From Eledone cirrhosa (taxonomy: Eukaryota), in assembly GCA_964016885.1 (NCBI GenBank), contig OZ024742.1, forward strand, positions 142,290,001 to 142,354,000: a DNA stretch of 64,000 nucleotides, read 5' to 3'. Positions within the stretch are counted from its first letter, which is position 1; each line of letters starts with the position of its first letter. Positions 42,040-57,075 of the stretch are shown here, piece by piece. The notes beneath the pieces are model-generated. The model saw only the letters and a program-made list of their open reading frames with translations, did not search any database and was not told the origin of the DNA. The translations under genes and the position numbers were made by a program.

Positions 42040-45000
42040 AGCCTACACTGTAAAGTGGTTGTGAGAGCAACACAACAAAAAGCACCCAGCCCACACTGTA
42101 AAGTAGTTGAGTGTAGGTGTCATGACAAAAAGCACCCAGCCCACACTGTAAATGTGGTTGCGTTAGGAAGGGCATCCAGCTGCAGACACCAAGCCAAAAT
42201 CAGTTCTGTATGAGCAAGACATGGTCACCTGACTAGGCCTATCTCACAACAAGACAACTTGTTTAACTCATACTAGCTTGGAAAAATGGACATTAAGCGG
42301 TGATGATGATGATGATGATACATCCTTTCCTCTCTCTCTATATATATTTATATATTTATAGGGAATGTAATGTCCAGTTACTGTAGGTTCACTGTCATTA
42401 CCACAACAGAGGTCCAACAAGCTTTTGATTCCAGAGTCGGGCTAGATCGATACAGATCAAACTTTGAGCTGATCAATAGTGAAAAGCGCATCACTACTCA
42501 ATCATAATATAATAAAGGAGGAATGCAGGATTGTGTCCCGAATATATTTTTTTTATCCCATTAGTAAAATAAGTTGGATTACTTTGAATAAATAATAAAT
42601 GAATATTACATAATTTCATAACTCTTGATTAAATATAAATAATTTTATTGCTTATTTCAAGATTCCCTTCTTTTAAAATTTTCAAATGTCAATACTACTA
42701 ATGGATGCTATATCATATCGCTTATATAAACGTTCATATACTTCCATTGTTATATAACGTTTATATTTCTGTCGCTAATTTTCTCCTTTTTAATTTTCAT
42801 TACATTTCACAGTACTGCAGTTTCTATATAATATCATCTTTTTAAAATGTATCATGGACTACTTTACTGATTACAGAAGAGAGTGTAATACAGTCTCTCT
42901 TTAATTTCTGTTCATATTCTCAATTACGATTTTATTTGCCATACCATATCTACATGCATATATATTTGCATATAATATCAATATGCACACTACACAAGCT
43001 AGTAGAAAACATGCTAGCAGAAGACATTATTATTATTATTATTATTATTATATGTGTGTGTGGATAAGCATACTTCACAACCATGTAGTTCTGGGTTCAG
43101 TACTGATGAAGTAGGTGCTTTTTGTCATGACATTAACACCACCAGTTTACAGAATTGGCTGGATGCATTTTATCATGGTACCAGCACTACCTCATTATAA
43201 ATCTAGAATGTTTAGTGTGTCTTTAGTCATGCTGAGAGGCCTTGATGGTAGTGAGAGATCTAGCTGTCGAAACGGCCGGAGCTCAGCTGTCGGGGTCCTG
43301 ACTCTGTTCCTATATATATATATATATATATATCCAAGTATATATATGACACATGCCACAACTATAGCATATTTCCTATTCCCCCACCCATAGGGTAGTG
43401 AATGCTCTTCAGCATTCAATCAATGACCAGAAACTTCCCTAGTGCTAGTACCTCTGTAAAGTGGTTAGTGTTAAGAAGGGTTTCCAGTTGTAGAGACCAT
43501 TCCAAAAGGGGTTGAGAGGAATCTCCAGTCATGACACAGCTACCTCTCTAGTGCTAGTGTTTATGAAAAATGACGCAGTACACCCTGTAAGGTGGTTCAT
43601 GATAGGAAGGGCATCCAGCTGTAGAAACCATACCAAAAAAGAGTTGAGAGACCTCTTCAGTTGTCTCAAGTGTTGGTGAAATACATGATAAATGCACACA
43701 GTACACTCTGTAAGGTGGCTGGTAATAGGAAAAGCATCCAGCTGTGGAAAACCTGCCAAACAAAAGGTTGAGAGGCTTCTTCAGCTGTTCTGAAAACATG
43801 ACAACCTCCTAATATAATAAAATGCACTCAGTGCTCTCTGTGAGGTCAGTAGCTTTGATTAAGTACTAACTTCTATGATGACCCATCCAAACTTCCTGGC
43901 AGAGAAAATGGATGTTATATAGTGATGATATATATATATCATCATCATCATCGTTTAACATCCATATCCCATGCTAGCATGGGTTAGACGGGTTATCCTA
44001 TTAGAGGCAAGTCGGGTCAGGTGACTATGTCTTGCTCATACAGAACTGTTTCTGGCTAGGTTTCTATGGCTGGATGCCCTTCCTAACACCAACCACTTTA
44101 CAGTGTGGGCTTGGTGCTTTTTGTCATGACTCCTACACAACCACTTTACAGTGTGGGCTTGGTGCTTTTTGTCATGACTCCTATACAACCACGTTACAGT
44201 GTGGGCTTGGTGCTTTTTGTCATGACTCCTATACAACCACTTTACATTGTGGACTAGGTGCTTTTTGTCATGACTCCTACACAACCACTTTACAGTGTGG
44301 GTTGGGTGCTTTTTGTCGTGACACCTACATGACCACTTTACAGTGTGAGCTGGATGCTTTTTTTTGTTTGCGATACCAACACAACTTTACAATATAAGAG
44401 TGCTGTGGACAGAAGTGGCTGGGTGGGTTTGGGGGTGTGGGAGGTGTATGAACAGGGATATAGTGATAAAGAAGTGCCTACTTGATGTATTTGAGGCCAT
44501 GTGCATGGGAAGGTGCCTTCTGTATTACAGCATGATGCTAAAGATATATGTGTGTGTGTATATCATCATCATCATCATCATTTCATTTTACGTCCGCTTT
44601 TTCCCTGCTTGCAAGGGTGGGACGGGAACTGATTCTGGCTTGATTTCTACAGCTGGATGCCCTTCCTAACACCAACCTCATTTACAGTGAGTGCTGGGTG
44701 CTTTTTTGACGTGGCACCTCCACGACCAATTTGCAGTGGAATGATAGGGACCCCAGTCCTATCATCTCATTTCTACAGCTGGATCAATGTGAAACAAAGT
44801 GTCTTGCTCAAGGAAACAACACATCACCCGGTCTGAGAATTGAACTCACAACCTTTCGATTGCAAGGCCAATCTCTAACCACTAAGCCATATTTATATAT
44901 ACAATATGTAATATATAATCATCATCATCATTTAATGTTTATTTTCCATTAGCAAGAGTTGGGTAGGTTATCACAGACTGAGTCAGTACTCAAGCAGAGC

Positions 45001-45360
45001 TACTGACCTCCCAGACAGGGTAGGAGTCCACATCTCTTTTACATACGATCCCACACTCAACCAAGTGCATTTTATTATGACACTAGTACTAGAGGGATTG
45101 TCATGTCTTTGAAACAACTGAAGGATCCTTCCAACCTTTTGTTTGGCAAACTTTCTATGGCTAGATCCCCTTCTTATCACCAACCACTTTACAGCGTGTA
45201 CTGTGTGTGTTTATCATGTAGATCACAAACACCATTTGACACAACTGAATGATCCTCTCAACCCTTTTTAGCCCGGTTTCTATGGTGGGGTGCTCTTCCT
45301 ATCACCAACCACATTGCAAGGTGTACTGGGTGCATTTTCATGGCACTAATACCAGAGAGG
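42040..45360. mobile_element. Cluster of SINE-like family D copies (GGTTGGCGTTAGGAAGGGCATCCAGCTGTAG core, (GAT)n tail), both strands; also 48350-48525 and 57900-58060
   Basis: Repeated core at ~42155, 43460, 43590, 43720 (+) and 44070, 44650, 45160, 45290 (-). Confidence 0.7.
44092..44350. repeat. 48-bp tandem repeat, ~5.3 copies, inside family D element
   Basis: ACCACTTTACAGTGTGGGCTTGGTGCTTTTTGTCATGACTCCTACACA with period 48. Confidence 0.9.
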
Positions 45361-46202
45361 TTGTCAGTTATTATTCTAACTGAAGAGCCATCACTACTCT
45401 GCAGGTAGAGGGAAGATAAGTGAGATCTCATGGATGTATGGCAAGTGCGGTGGGATTTGACTGATGAGCAGGTAGGATGGAACGGCTTCCAATAGTGTAG
45501 GGGAAGTAGTCACAAATGTTTCAGGATTTTTAGAGGGGGGGGGGTGTAGGTATAGTGAGAATAGCCAAGAGGTGATAGTGGTGTGGATGGGATGATCGAT
45601 TCCATGTTGGGATTTAGGAAGGGGGCAGTGATAGAAAAATTATCTAAGAAGTGATAGTGGACAAGGCATGGAAAGGGTTGGAGTGCACAAGAATGGAAAG
45701 CATAGCTAAGGTGTGATAGTGAGGATATTTAAGGACTTTTAGAGGGGAAGGAATAGCTAAGGAATGATAGTGGAGGGGCATGGACGAAGTGGGGGGTGCA
45801 GTGCTGGTGAGGATAGCTATTAGGGAGTGGTAGTGGAGGGGAGCACAGAGATGTACCAGGTAACATTTTATGCCTCTAGACAGGTTTTCACCAGCATAGC
45901 ATGGCACCAGTCCTCGTGGTCCTTTATCTCTGTTGTGAGTTTTATCTTCACACCCTCATCCCAAGTCTCACTGAGATTTCCATGCTTGTGGAGTCAGGGA
46001 TATGAATGGCAAGAGGACTAGGTGAGTGGTGGTAGGTTGCGGGTATGAATTGATGGATAAGGCAGCCCAAGTGTTGTTACATTTTTCTGTCTTTCATTCC
46101 ACTCATATAGGGATGCGAGTCTTTTATATACGAAAGAAACTATTAAGTCAACACTAAGTGTGTCAATCCATCACACACCACAAGTGATGCAGGAGCCTCC
46201 CT

Positions 46203-46465
46203 CTAATATTTATTGGGACAAGCCAACACACTAGCAGCATAACCGCAGGTGATAGCGAGGCTAGGATGCTGGGACAACCAAACACCCTCAGGGTCATAGC
46301 CTGATACCTTGGTACAGTGAACCGTCAATGATGACAAGAACTTCATTGCCATTGGCCCACCTTCCCCAAATGTCTCGAATGCCACAGGCTGGAAGTTTGC
46401 CAATAATTACCAGTATTATAGAATTTTATTCCCTTCAGTTTTGAAAGCAGTGGCCCTCGCTTTTA
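46203..46465 (-). pseudogene. C-terminal RLE-domain remnant of a CRE-like non-LTR retrotransposon
   Basis: FQPVAFETFGEGG..AMKFL...WLSQHPSLAITCGYAASVL resembles F.P.A.ET.G..G..A..FL...QR.S.AI.RGNAA.VL. Confidence 0.6.
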
Positions 46466-47099
46466 CTGCAAAATCAAGAATGTGGGAAGAAGCAAAAGAG
46501 TCACTGACTGGCATCTACTAGAGAGCAGTTCCTGCACCCCTTGGGGTGTGTGACCAATTGAGGTGTGTGAACACTTAGTGTTGAATTAATATTTCCTTTC
46601 GTTTTGACTTTTATATTTGTATGTGAAATATTTATGTAATTATGTATTGGATATATTATTTTTGTGTATATTTCCATACCATAAGAATTATAAATAATTT
46701 GTAAAGTCATTTATTCAGTGACAGTCATTGTTGCTTAAATTCCATTTTGGGTATTTTTGTATATATGGCTGTGTGTGTGTGTGTGTGTATGTGAGTGTGT
46801 TTTTGATTTCAGTTATCTGAAGCAATTATTTTATGGTGGATTAATTCTCACAAAGCATCCTCAGCATAAACCAGGAAAGAGATTTCATGATTTTACAAAA
46901 GATAACCTTCAGTCTTTGAATATTAGCACTGAATAGAAGTTGATGGTGATAAGTAACCAGTGGTAAAAACAGCCTGCAATTTGGAAAAAAGAAATGTATT
47001 GCCAACAAATAATAAGTTATGCCCCACAACTGCAAGCTGTTGAAATTCTATTTGGTAAGGGAACCAGGGCAATCTGACCTGCACTGTTTGTAGTTGTAT

Positions 47100-47640
47100 T
47101 GCACTTTCAAAAACTGGGCATCTCACCCATGAGAGACTACATATCAAATCAACATAAAACATTTATGTGCAGGCAGTTCTATTAGCCTCACCCGGATACT
47201 GTTCTCCTTTATATTTAAAGATATGCACATCCATTGCTGGGTTGAAAATCAATTTTGGATGAATGCAAAAGAATGCAGCCTCTGCTGGTGATGTCATTAA
47301 CCAAATTCCATACCAAATCTGCCATAAAATGTTTAACAAAATGGAGGGACTATGACAGAGAGGGTAATATATGATACAAGAAAATAACCTTGCTCTAAAT
47401 CAAATTGTCAACCATCATATATGGGTGTTAAGGGTCTGTAAACGTACATGTGAGTGTGTTTCTGTGAAACTGTGTATTATTTATGTTGATCTAAGGCACC
47501 TAGTTCAACTTTTGAAAGTTAGCTTAGCTTCATGCATGAAAGATTTCGGTCAGCATGATATTCTATGGATTCCACTTAAACAAGAAATTCTATTGTAACT
47601 TTGCTTTGTCATCATCAATTCACCTTATCTCTTCCACCCA
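47100..47640 (-). pseudogene. Highly decayed Helitron Pif1-like helicase remnant
   Basis: Frameshifted, colinear motif traces: IEFL..SGI, PI.M..NL.LEQG, KIDFQPS...RR.QYP.VRL, FYV...LSWVR. Confidence 0.4.
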
Positions 47641-48524
47641 AAGAGTTTCCCCTCATGCAAACTGCCTAGCTTCAATAAATAGTATATATTTCTAAAACTG
47701 AATTAGATGTTGCTGAAACTTTGACTAACTAAAATAATCTAATAACACAGGATATAAGCCCAGTGAACAGAAAAAGATGATAATCAGCACACAAATTTAG
47801 TTCTACATTGCTACAAATTCTACTGATTCTATAAACCTGCTTATGGATAACTAATTCTACTACAAACATATAACTGCTATCTACAACAGTACTCACAAAA
47901 TTGATCCTCAGTGACACTGCAAAGAAATCGGTGTTGAACATTTTCTTTCTAAAAATAAATCTTGTACTCTACATATGTATATTAAGTGTTTTTGCAGGTA
48001 ATGTTCAAATGTCTCTATGTAAAGTCATGTGGTTTAATGGTTAGGATGTTCAGCTCACAATTATAAGGTTGTTAGCGAGACACTTTATTTCATGTTGCTC
48101 CAGTCCATTCAGCTGGCATAAATGAGTTATACCTGTAATTCAAAGGGTCAGCCTCGTTGACCAGTGTGTCACATTGAATCATCCTGAGAACTTTTTTAAG
48201 GGCACACATCTATGCGGAATACTCAGCCACATTTACATTAATTTCATGAGCAGGCTGCTCAGTTGTTAATACAACTGGAAGATTCAGCGCCGGAAACAAC
48301 AGGGGTCCAACAACAATATAAACATGCACACAGAAATATATATACATATACAAAGCACCCAACCCACACTGTAAATGTGGTTGGCATTAGGAAGGGCATC
48401 CAGCTGTAAAAATCTTGCCAGAAACAGTTCTATATGAGCAAGACATTGACCAACTTTGCCTCAAATGGGACAACCTGTCTAACCCATGCTAGCATGGAAA
48501 GTGAATGTTAAACGATGATGATGA

Positions 48525-48580
<56 letters not shown>

Positions 48581-50371
48581 CATACATACACATATATATA
48601 TATCATCATTTATATTCAAGGAACAAGGATGTTAAATAATGATGATGAGGAGGAGGAGGAGGAGGAGGAGGAGGAGGAGGAGGAGGAAAGAACAGCAAAA
48701 GAAAGAAGGTAAAAAAGTGCAGGTATTTGGTCGACACTCTGAAAAAATGAAATAGAAAGTTCTTTGATGTTTCAAGATTAATCTCTTCAGAAAGATAAAC
48801 TGAGGAATAGAAAAGAATATGTGGAAGAAAGGACACAGGTAGTTATGCATGCATAGTATAGGTCATCTTGTAGTGGGCCAGGGTGTGTATGTGATTTTTC
48901 TCTTTGTTGAATGAATGAAATGCATTATACATACTTACTCTATCAATCGTATTTATTTTATTAATGCTGGCAGATGAAAGACATGTTAACTCTGATAGTA
49001 TTTGCACTCGGAAATATGATGCAACCTATAAAAAGGAGATTGTGTGGTGATGGTATGAATAAGGGGACAAATAAATATTTATGTGTATGGATAATCAACA
49101 GCCATGTATCACAAGTTTAAGGACATTCATTGATCTTCTGGACTTAGAAAGAGAACTGAATGATAAAAAGAGTTCTGTTGTTTCAATCCGTAATAGAGTT
49201 TCTTAAATATCCATCATCAACCAAGTAACCTTTGAAGCTTACATAATTTCTGTGTGTTAATATGAAGCTATATTTTCATCGTTTAGAAAAGTTTTTATTT
49301 ATTCTTACTTGCTTGACTTCTACTCTTTGCCAATTTTCTTCTTACTTCAAAGGCTCCTTTATTTATTTATTATATCCACCTTACTTAACCTTTTCGATAC
49401 CAAGCTATCTGAAACCAGCCTTGATTCTATCATATAAAACTGCTGGTTTTAAAGTGTTCATACTTATATTAAAATATTCCAGCAAAATTCTATTTAAGAA
49501 CCTTAAGTTAAGTTATGATCCAAACAGTTTTCTAATGAAAAAGTCAATAATTCTGCAAAATCCTCCAAATTTTTATTATTTAAAAAATTAATTGAAACAC
49601 ATAAGCAGTGTATTTCATTCAAAACATGGTAATAACAGGGTTAAATTCAATAGTTACCTTATCAACATCATCTATATTCTTCATGGTACACTGCATAGAT
49701 TCTATAGTTGAAATCTTGCAGACAACCAGCAAAACTTTTGTATGAGTATCAATTTGATTAGTCCATTCACTTTACTTACATCAGGAAAAAATATTTTTCA
49801 ACAAATAGCAGTAGAGGAAGCTGCTCTAAATGTATAGTAGCTAAAATAAGAACAGGATGAACAAGGTTCATGGAGCTATTACCTCTGATAAGAAAAAGGC
49901 TTTTCTATATGAACAAAAAGTTGGTTGTATGGTGACTGCATGTGATGTGCGATGGTCATTTGCAGTGACACAAAGATCAATAAATAAATTGTTAAGCATC
50001 GTTGTTGTGTGACATCATTGGAAAGAGTGGAGAGGGTCATATGGTGTTATTATATTTCACTTGATTTGGCAGGGTGAGTATGGACTATGTAGTGGAAAAT
50101 GCAAGCTTAGTAATTTTTTAAGATTCGACCAAGCAAAAAAATGTCATGAACTAGGTTCATCAGCTTAGCCAAGTATAAGTTGAAATTATTTTATTTAGGA
50201 GAATGGGGCACATAACTGGAAGAAAGAGGCGCAGATTATAGAGCTAATCTAGGGGACTAAATACCTAGGTGCCAGCTCTGCTCACAGGCATCACCTGACA
50301 CTTTGTTGTCAGTGGCTTAGCTCCCATTTGTTTGTTTATTCCATTTTACATATAGAAGTGAAAGAAGAAAT

Positions 50372-50411
50372 CTGGCAATCTCCATATATTATTGGATAAT
50401 ATCTCTCTCGC

Positions 50412-50447
<36 letters not shown>

Positions 50448-50547
50448 GCGATTTCCATACATAATCAGGAAAAAAACTTGGCTAAGTTTATTTATATCTT
50501 GAATAAATGTCTGAGCATGTTAGATGACAAGTTTATTACATAATATT

Positions 50548-50627
<80 letters not shown>

Positions 50628-50739
50628 AATATTATGTAATAAACTTGTCATCTAACATGCTCAGACATTTATTCAAGATATAAATAAACTTAGCCAAGTT
50701 TTTTTCCTGATTATGTATGGAAATCGTTTGAGATTGCCA
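50372..50739. repeat. Nested inverted duplication centred on (TA)n tracts
   Basis: Perfect 106-bp arms 50449-50554 / 50621-50726 around (TA)n; CGCTATTA(TA)nTAATAGCG at 50409-50450; TGGCAATCTC / GAGATTGCCA outer pair. Confidence 0.85.
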
Positions 50740-51009
50740 ATCTGTTTTGTAAAAATGACAGGGATTGAACCATGTGAATTTTATGATTTTCCTTTTATAA
50801 CTTCATTGCTACAAAATAAATACAGGGTGGTCAATATTTAGCTTACTGATTACAAAGGAATATAATCATGGCATACTTGCAACCAGGCAGCATTTCGAAT
50901 ATTTAATTTAACCATATAAACTCACATCAATTGCCTATATTTTGGGATAATGCTTAGTAACACTATAGTTTCTTTTTATTTCATATTATTCTAAAGTAGT
51001 AAACTATAA

Positions 51010-53795
51010 AGGCGGTGGATTGGCAGTATCGGTAGAGCATCGGACAACGTTTTATGGCATAGAGTTATGGCCCTTTACATTCTGAGTTCAAATCCCACCA
51101 AAGTTAGCTTTGCCTTTCATCCTTATGGAGTCGATAAAATAAAGCACTGGGGTCGATTTAATCGACTTTTCCTCCTCCCAGCCCATCAAATTGCTGGCCT
51201 TGTGCCTAAATCAAAAACCATTATTATAACCTAGAAAGCTAATTATGGTCCATCCTGTAGATTAGATATGATCCTACAACTGTGATTGCTATGAACATTG
51301 TGATAATTGGCAGAATTCTTAGCATCAAGCAAAATTGCTTGCAGTGTTTCATCTGGCTCTTTATGTTGTGTTTAAAACCCACTGAGATCATTTTTTTACT
51401 TTTCATCCTCCTGGGGTCAATGAAATAAAGTACCAGCCAAGTACTGGAATCAATTTAATCAACAACCCCATCACCTTCACCACCAACACCACCACAGCAA
51501 AGTCCTGGCTTTGTGTCTATGTTAGGAACAATTGTGGTTGCAACAATGGTAACTAGGTATTAAATTTCCTGTATGATTTTTTTGTTTGTTTGTTTTATTG
51601 GGGGGAGGGGGGTAAGGATGGGGCGTTTTCAATTCATTTGTAAATTATACCAACTCTTTAATGTTGTTCTCCATTTCTAAGAACATATTTTAACAGCAAA
51701 TTAACTGATCCATGAAATTAAAAAGGGTTTTTTAAACACTGGAGAAGGCATATGGCCTAGTGGTTAGGGTGTTGGGATCACAATCATATGGTTGTGGTTT
51801 CAATTCCCAGTTGACATATTGAGCAATTTTCACTTTACTTCAGTTCACAGCTGGTGTCCGTGAAACCGAGATAAGTTGTGGGTATCATCCAACCCATAGA
51901 AAAATGATTATAATATTATAACTCTTTAAAGCAATAAAAATTATTTGCTCAATTAGATACGTAACTTTAACTCAGAATTTATATATATATAAACTAGAAG
52001 CATCAGATTTGTGTTAGCTATATGACATTCAGGTCTTTTCAAAGTTTAGTATGCAAAATAAGTGAAGAGGAGAGAATACAATCGATATACAATATAGTCT
52101 TACTGGTACTTATTTTATTGACCTTTAGGAAGATGAGAAGCAATGATGATCTCTGCAGAACTTGAATTCAAAACAATAAATCAGTGATAAGTTGATTAAA
52201 TTTCACTAATAATATAATCAATAAGCGTGTAAACAGAAGGTAATCCCAATTAGAATTAAAACAAATGTCAGGTCATTCACACTTTTTTCAATCCAATATA
52301 GAAATGTAAAATAAAAACGGATACATGTTTACATCTATGAAGCTTCAGTTAAATCTTGTATTGTTTCTGTACAATTTTTGTATTTATTTCTCAGATTTTA
52401 TGCCGTGTGTGTCCCAGCTTTTAGAATAGGCACACTGTATCCCTACATGTTGTAAGAGGCAACTGAAAAGGTTGTTATCAGGATGGATGCCCAGCTGTAA
52501 AATTTTGTCTTAAAAATCTCCATCTAAACCCTTGCCATCATCGAAAAGTGGACGTAAAAACAATGATAAAGATGATGATATTTCTATTTCAGGACAAAAC
52601 TCGTCTGAAGCTAGACTAGAAACATTTTATTTAATGCCTGAACAAAATAAAGGCCCTGAAAAGTGTCATGGGCACTGCCCTTCCCTCCCTGACTAAGCAG
52701 TAAATGAAAAAAACCCAATTATATGGTTTTGAGCTTTTCTGTAATTACCTGGCAGTTCAAGCTGTTTTGCTATTGATATCATCCTTTTCTCCTTTCTTCG
52801 GCTTCATAAATGAAAGCAGAAATTGCTGTAAGACATGTCACTACTGACAAGTCCAGACTACAGTTCAGTTTTGATTCTCATTCAGACCAATTTACAGTTT
52901 TTGCAATATACTAAATGTACTTAGGAAAACAACATAAATATTACAATATCCCTAGTCACTATCATATAAAACCCAAGACCTCTGTATCTATGTGAGAAAT
53001 AATAATTATTATTATTATTATTATTGTTATTATTATTATTATTGTTCAAATCCTGCCGAGGTTAGCTTTGCCTTTCAATAAAATAAAGTACCACTGGAGT
53101 TGATTTAATCGACTTTCCCCCTCACCCAAAATATTGCTGGCCTTGTGCCTAAATCAGAAACCATTATTATTATTATTATTAGTGAAGGGTTAAGGCAGTA
53201 GATTTAGCAGAATTGTTAGGGTGTTGGACAAAATGCTTTGCATTATTTCTGCCAGCTCTTTACATTCTGATTTCAAATCTTGCTGAGATCAAATTTACCT
53301 TTCATCCTTCAGGGGTTGATGAAATAAAGGATTAGTCAAGTACTGGAGTCAATTTAATTGACTTTCCCCTCTCACAAATTGTGTCAAAAGTAGAAACAAT
53401 TAAAACCTGCTTCATGGCATAGAGTTACGGCTCTTTATGTTCTGAGTTAAAATCCTGCTGAGGTTAGCTTTGCCTTTCATCCTTACATGGTCGATAAAAT
53501 AAAGTACCAGTAATGCATTGGGTTTATTTAATCGACTTTCCCCTCCCTCAAAATTGATGGCTTTTTGCCTATAGTAGAAACCATTATTATTATTATATAA
53601 GGGCAGTGGATTGGCAGTATCGGTAGAGGGTCGGACGCCATGCTTTCCAGCATAGTTACGTCCCTTTATGATCTGAGTTCAAATCCCGCTGAGGTTGACT
53701 TTGCCTTTCATCCTTACGGGGTCGATAAAATAAAGTACCAGTAATGCACTGGGTATTTGCTGGCCTTGTGCCTAAAGTAGAAACAATTATTATTA
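51010..53795 (+). mobile_element. Multiple old and young family A SINE copies (51010-51225, 51310-51530, 53044-53790 tandem of four)
   Basis: Recurrent GCCTTTCATCC..GTCGATAAAATAAAGTACCAG. Older copies keep a GATTTAATCGACTTTCCCC segment missing in young copies. Further copies at 17655-17805, 41007-41190, 60578-60763 and 61054-61238. Confidence 0.8.
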
Positions 53796-55489
53796 TATAA
53801 GTGAAAGTTGCCAGTCAGCTGTTGTTCAGCACTAAGATTAATATTATGTCCCACTACATCAAAAGTTCAAATGGCTCCTGCGTTGACTTTGTGTTTCATT
53901 TTTCTAAAATAAAAAATAAAAAATAAATAAATATAAAATCATTTTCTGTGGGTTGACTCAATCAAATGTATCCTCTTCTCTACAAATTTGGGGCCTTGAC
54001 CTTTTCACACAAAAAAAAAAGAAAAATTAGTCAGTTTTCAACAATATAGTTAACAATGATGCTTTTGATAAAACCTGGTGAGAATGCCAAAGAATAGAAA
54101 CTTTTTTTAAAAAACATACACACATTGTTTCTGAAAATTCTTTCTCAAACTCTATACTTTGCATATCAAATTTTGGTTGAAATACGATTTCCAGATAAAC
54201 TGTCAAAAATAATTATTTGTTTCCATTGTTGAAAACTTCCCAAAAGACCTCAGAAAACAAATAAACATAAATAAAAACTGAATCAAATCCTATCTCCATT
54301 TGTTTTTTGTGGGTTTTTTTCTTCTTTTCTTCACTTAATGTAAGATAGTAGGCATGTTTGTATAGCTAAAATTATAGTTTATTTTTCTTTTCATTTAATA
54401 TCAGATAGTATTATTGATTATATTGTTAAAATTACAAGTAATTTTTTTTATATATATGATTCATTATGTAAAACAGAAAACAAACATTAAATGATGTTGA
54501 ATATATTTTCAGGTATGAAATAATTTTATGCATTGATCTTTTCCTCCTTTCATATTGGAGAGTAGTGGGGAGGGAATACATTTGAATGTGGTTGTTTTAT
54601 TTTGTTTTGTTGTTGTTTTTTGTTATACCAGAAACAAGTTCAAAGAATGGTAAAAATATCAAAACATAACAAAAATGTATTACATTTGGCTTCAGTTTTC
54701 CATTTTCACTTAATTTACATTTTAATGCCCTTCCCAAGTGCTTGCATGTCTGACATTCACATAAGCCCCACCATAACCAATACTTCCCACTTAGACAATG
54801 CTTGCTTTGTGTCTATGGCAACAATTTTTATTGCAACCATTTCCTGGTCATATTCTAATCAAATTCATAATATTTCAATTAATTAATAAAATATTTGGAG
54901 GGATTTGATAAAATTATTTATTATTTCCTTCTGAAGATGGCATTTGTAACACTACCTAATGAAAGGTAGAAATGTAGAAATTATATTGGAAGATTTTAAG
55001 TTAAATAGGAACTCTTTAAAATGGATGGTTTTGTTTCATAGAACTAGAGATGGTTTGGGACAGTAACCTGATGCAGTAGAAAGTTCATGCCAAACCATGT
55101 TGAAACTACTATATTAAGAAAAGTAATGGCTCTGGAAAAGGAATGGGCATCACCACAACCTATTAATCTATCTTCTGAATTACATGAAGATATTTTGCCT
55201 CTATGTGGTCATTTCACCTGCTAGAAACAGCAGCCAAATTTGTCTCATATCATCCCCTACTGTGTTTTAAAAATGTAAGGTTAGATATAGTTATGTCTGG
55301 AAAAGAAAGATAGGATGGTTATGGTTGAATCAAGCTTGATCTGGAACTAGATAACAACAACAATCATGCAAACATACAAAAGAGACCAGTCCTGGGCATT
55401 ATATTGCACCCTAAGGTGATGTGAATGGTGTGGTCCAAAACTAAAAGGAAATAAAGCATAGCTGAGGTTCTCAATCACACTGGTTAATG

Positions 55490-57075
55490 TTCTCAACATC
55501 CACAATATATCACACTAGACAATGTCTTCAACACTACCAACATATTTCACAACACTCGGGAATGTATTTAACACTACCAACAGACATCACAACACTGGAT
55601 AATATCTTCAACACTGCCAACATACATCACAACACTAGGGCATATCTTATTTTCAGGACAGACATCACAACACTGAGTTATGACTTCAACACTACCAACA
55701 GACATCACAACACTGGATAATATCTTCAACACTGCCAACATACATCACAACACTAGGGCATATCTTATTTTCAGGACAGACATCACAACACTGGGTTATG
55801 ACTTCAACACTACCAACAGACATCACAACACTGGATAATATCTTCAACACTGCCAACAGACATCACAACACTAGGACATATCTTATTTTCAGGACAGACA
55901 TCACAACACTGAGTTATGACTTCAACACTACCAACAGACATCACAACACTGGATAATATCTTCAACACTGCCAACAGACATCACAATACTAGATAATGTC
56001 CTCAACAGTTACAACAGATATCACAACACTCGGGAATGTATTTAACACTACCAACAGACATCACAACACTGGATAATATCTTCAACACTACCAACAGACA
56101 TCACAACACTGGATAATATCTTCAACACTGCCAACAGACATCACAACACTAGGGCATATCTTATTTTCAGGACAGACATCACAACACTGGGTTATGACTT
56201 CAACACTACCAACAGACATCACAACACTGGATAATATCTTCAACACTGCCAACAGACATCACAACACTAGGACATATCTTATTTTCAGGACAGACATCAC
56301 AACACTGAGTTATGACTTCAACACTACCAACAGACATCACAACACTGGATAATATCTTCAACACTGCCAACAGACATCACAACACTAAGGCATATCTTAT
56401 TTTCAGGACAGACATCACAACACTGAGTTATGACTTCAACACTACCAACAGACATCACAACACTGGATAATATCTTCAACACTGCCAACAGACATCACAA
56501 CACTAGGGTATATCTTATTTTCAGGCAGACATCACAACACTGGGTTATGACTTCAACACTACCAACAGACATCACAACACTGGATAATATCTTCAACACT
56601 GCCAACAGACATCACAACACTAAGGCATATCTTATTTTCAGGACAGACATCACAACACTGGGTTATGACTTCAACACTACCAACAGACATCACAACACTG
56701 GATAATATCTTCAACACTGCCAACAGACATCACAACACTAGGACATATCTTATTTTCAGGCAGACATCACAACACTGAGTTATGACTTCAACACTACCAA
56801 CAGACATCACAACACTGGATAATATCTTCAACACTGCCAACAGACATCACAACACTAGGGTATATCTTATTTTCAGGACAGACATCACAACACTGAGTTA
56901 TGACTTCAACACTACCAACAGACATCACAACACTGGATAATATCTTCAACACTGCCAACAGACATCACAACACTAGATAATGTCCTCAACAGTTAAACAG
57001 ATATCACAACACTGGGCAGTATTCTGTTGTCAGAACAGACATCACAACACTGGAAAACATTCTCAACACTGATAA
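55490..57075. repeat. Minisatellite with 118-bp higher-order repeat (40+38+40-bp monomers)
   Basis: Monomers share ACAGACATCACAACACT; A-type starts at 55580 and 55698 (period 118). Confidence 0.92.

Noticed and set aside
43230-43290. Possible HHR near GAAACGGCCGG
   Set aside because: No valid core or NUH triplet.
55490-57075. CRISPR-like array (constant 17-mer with ~22-nt spacers)
   Set aside because: Spacers recur in fixed order, no cas genes are present, and the context is eukaryotic; it is a minisatellite.
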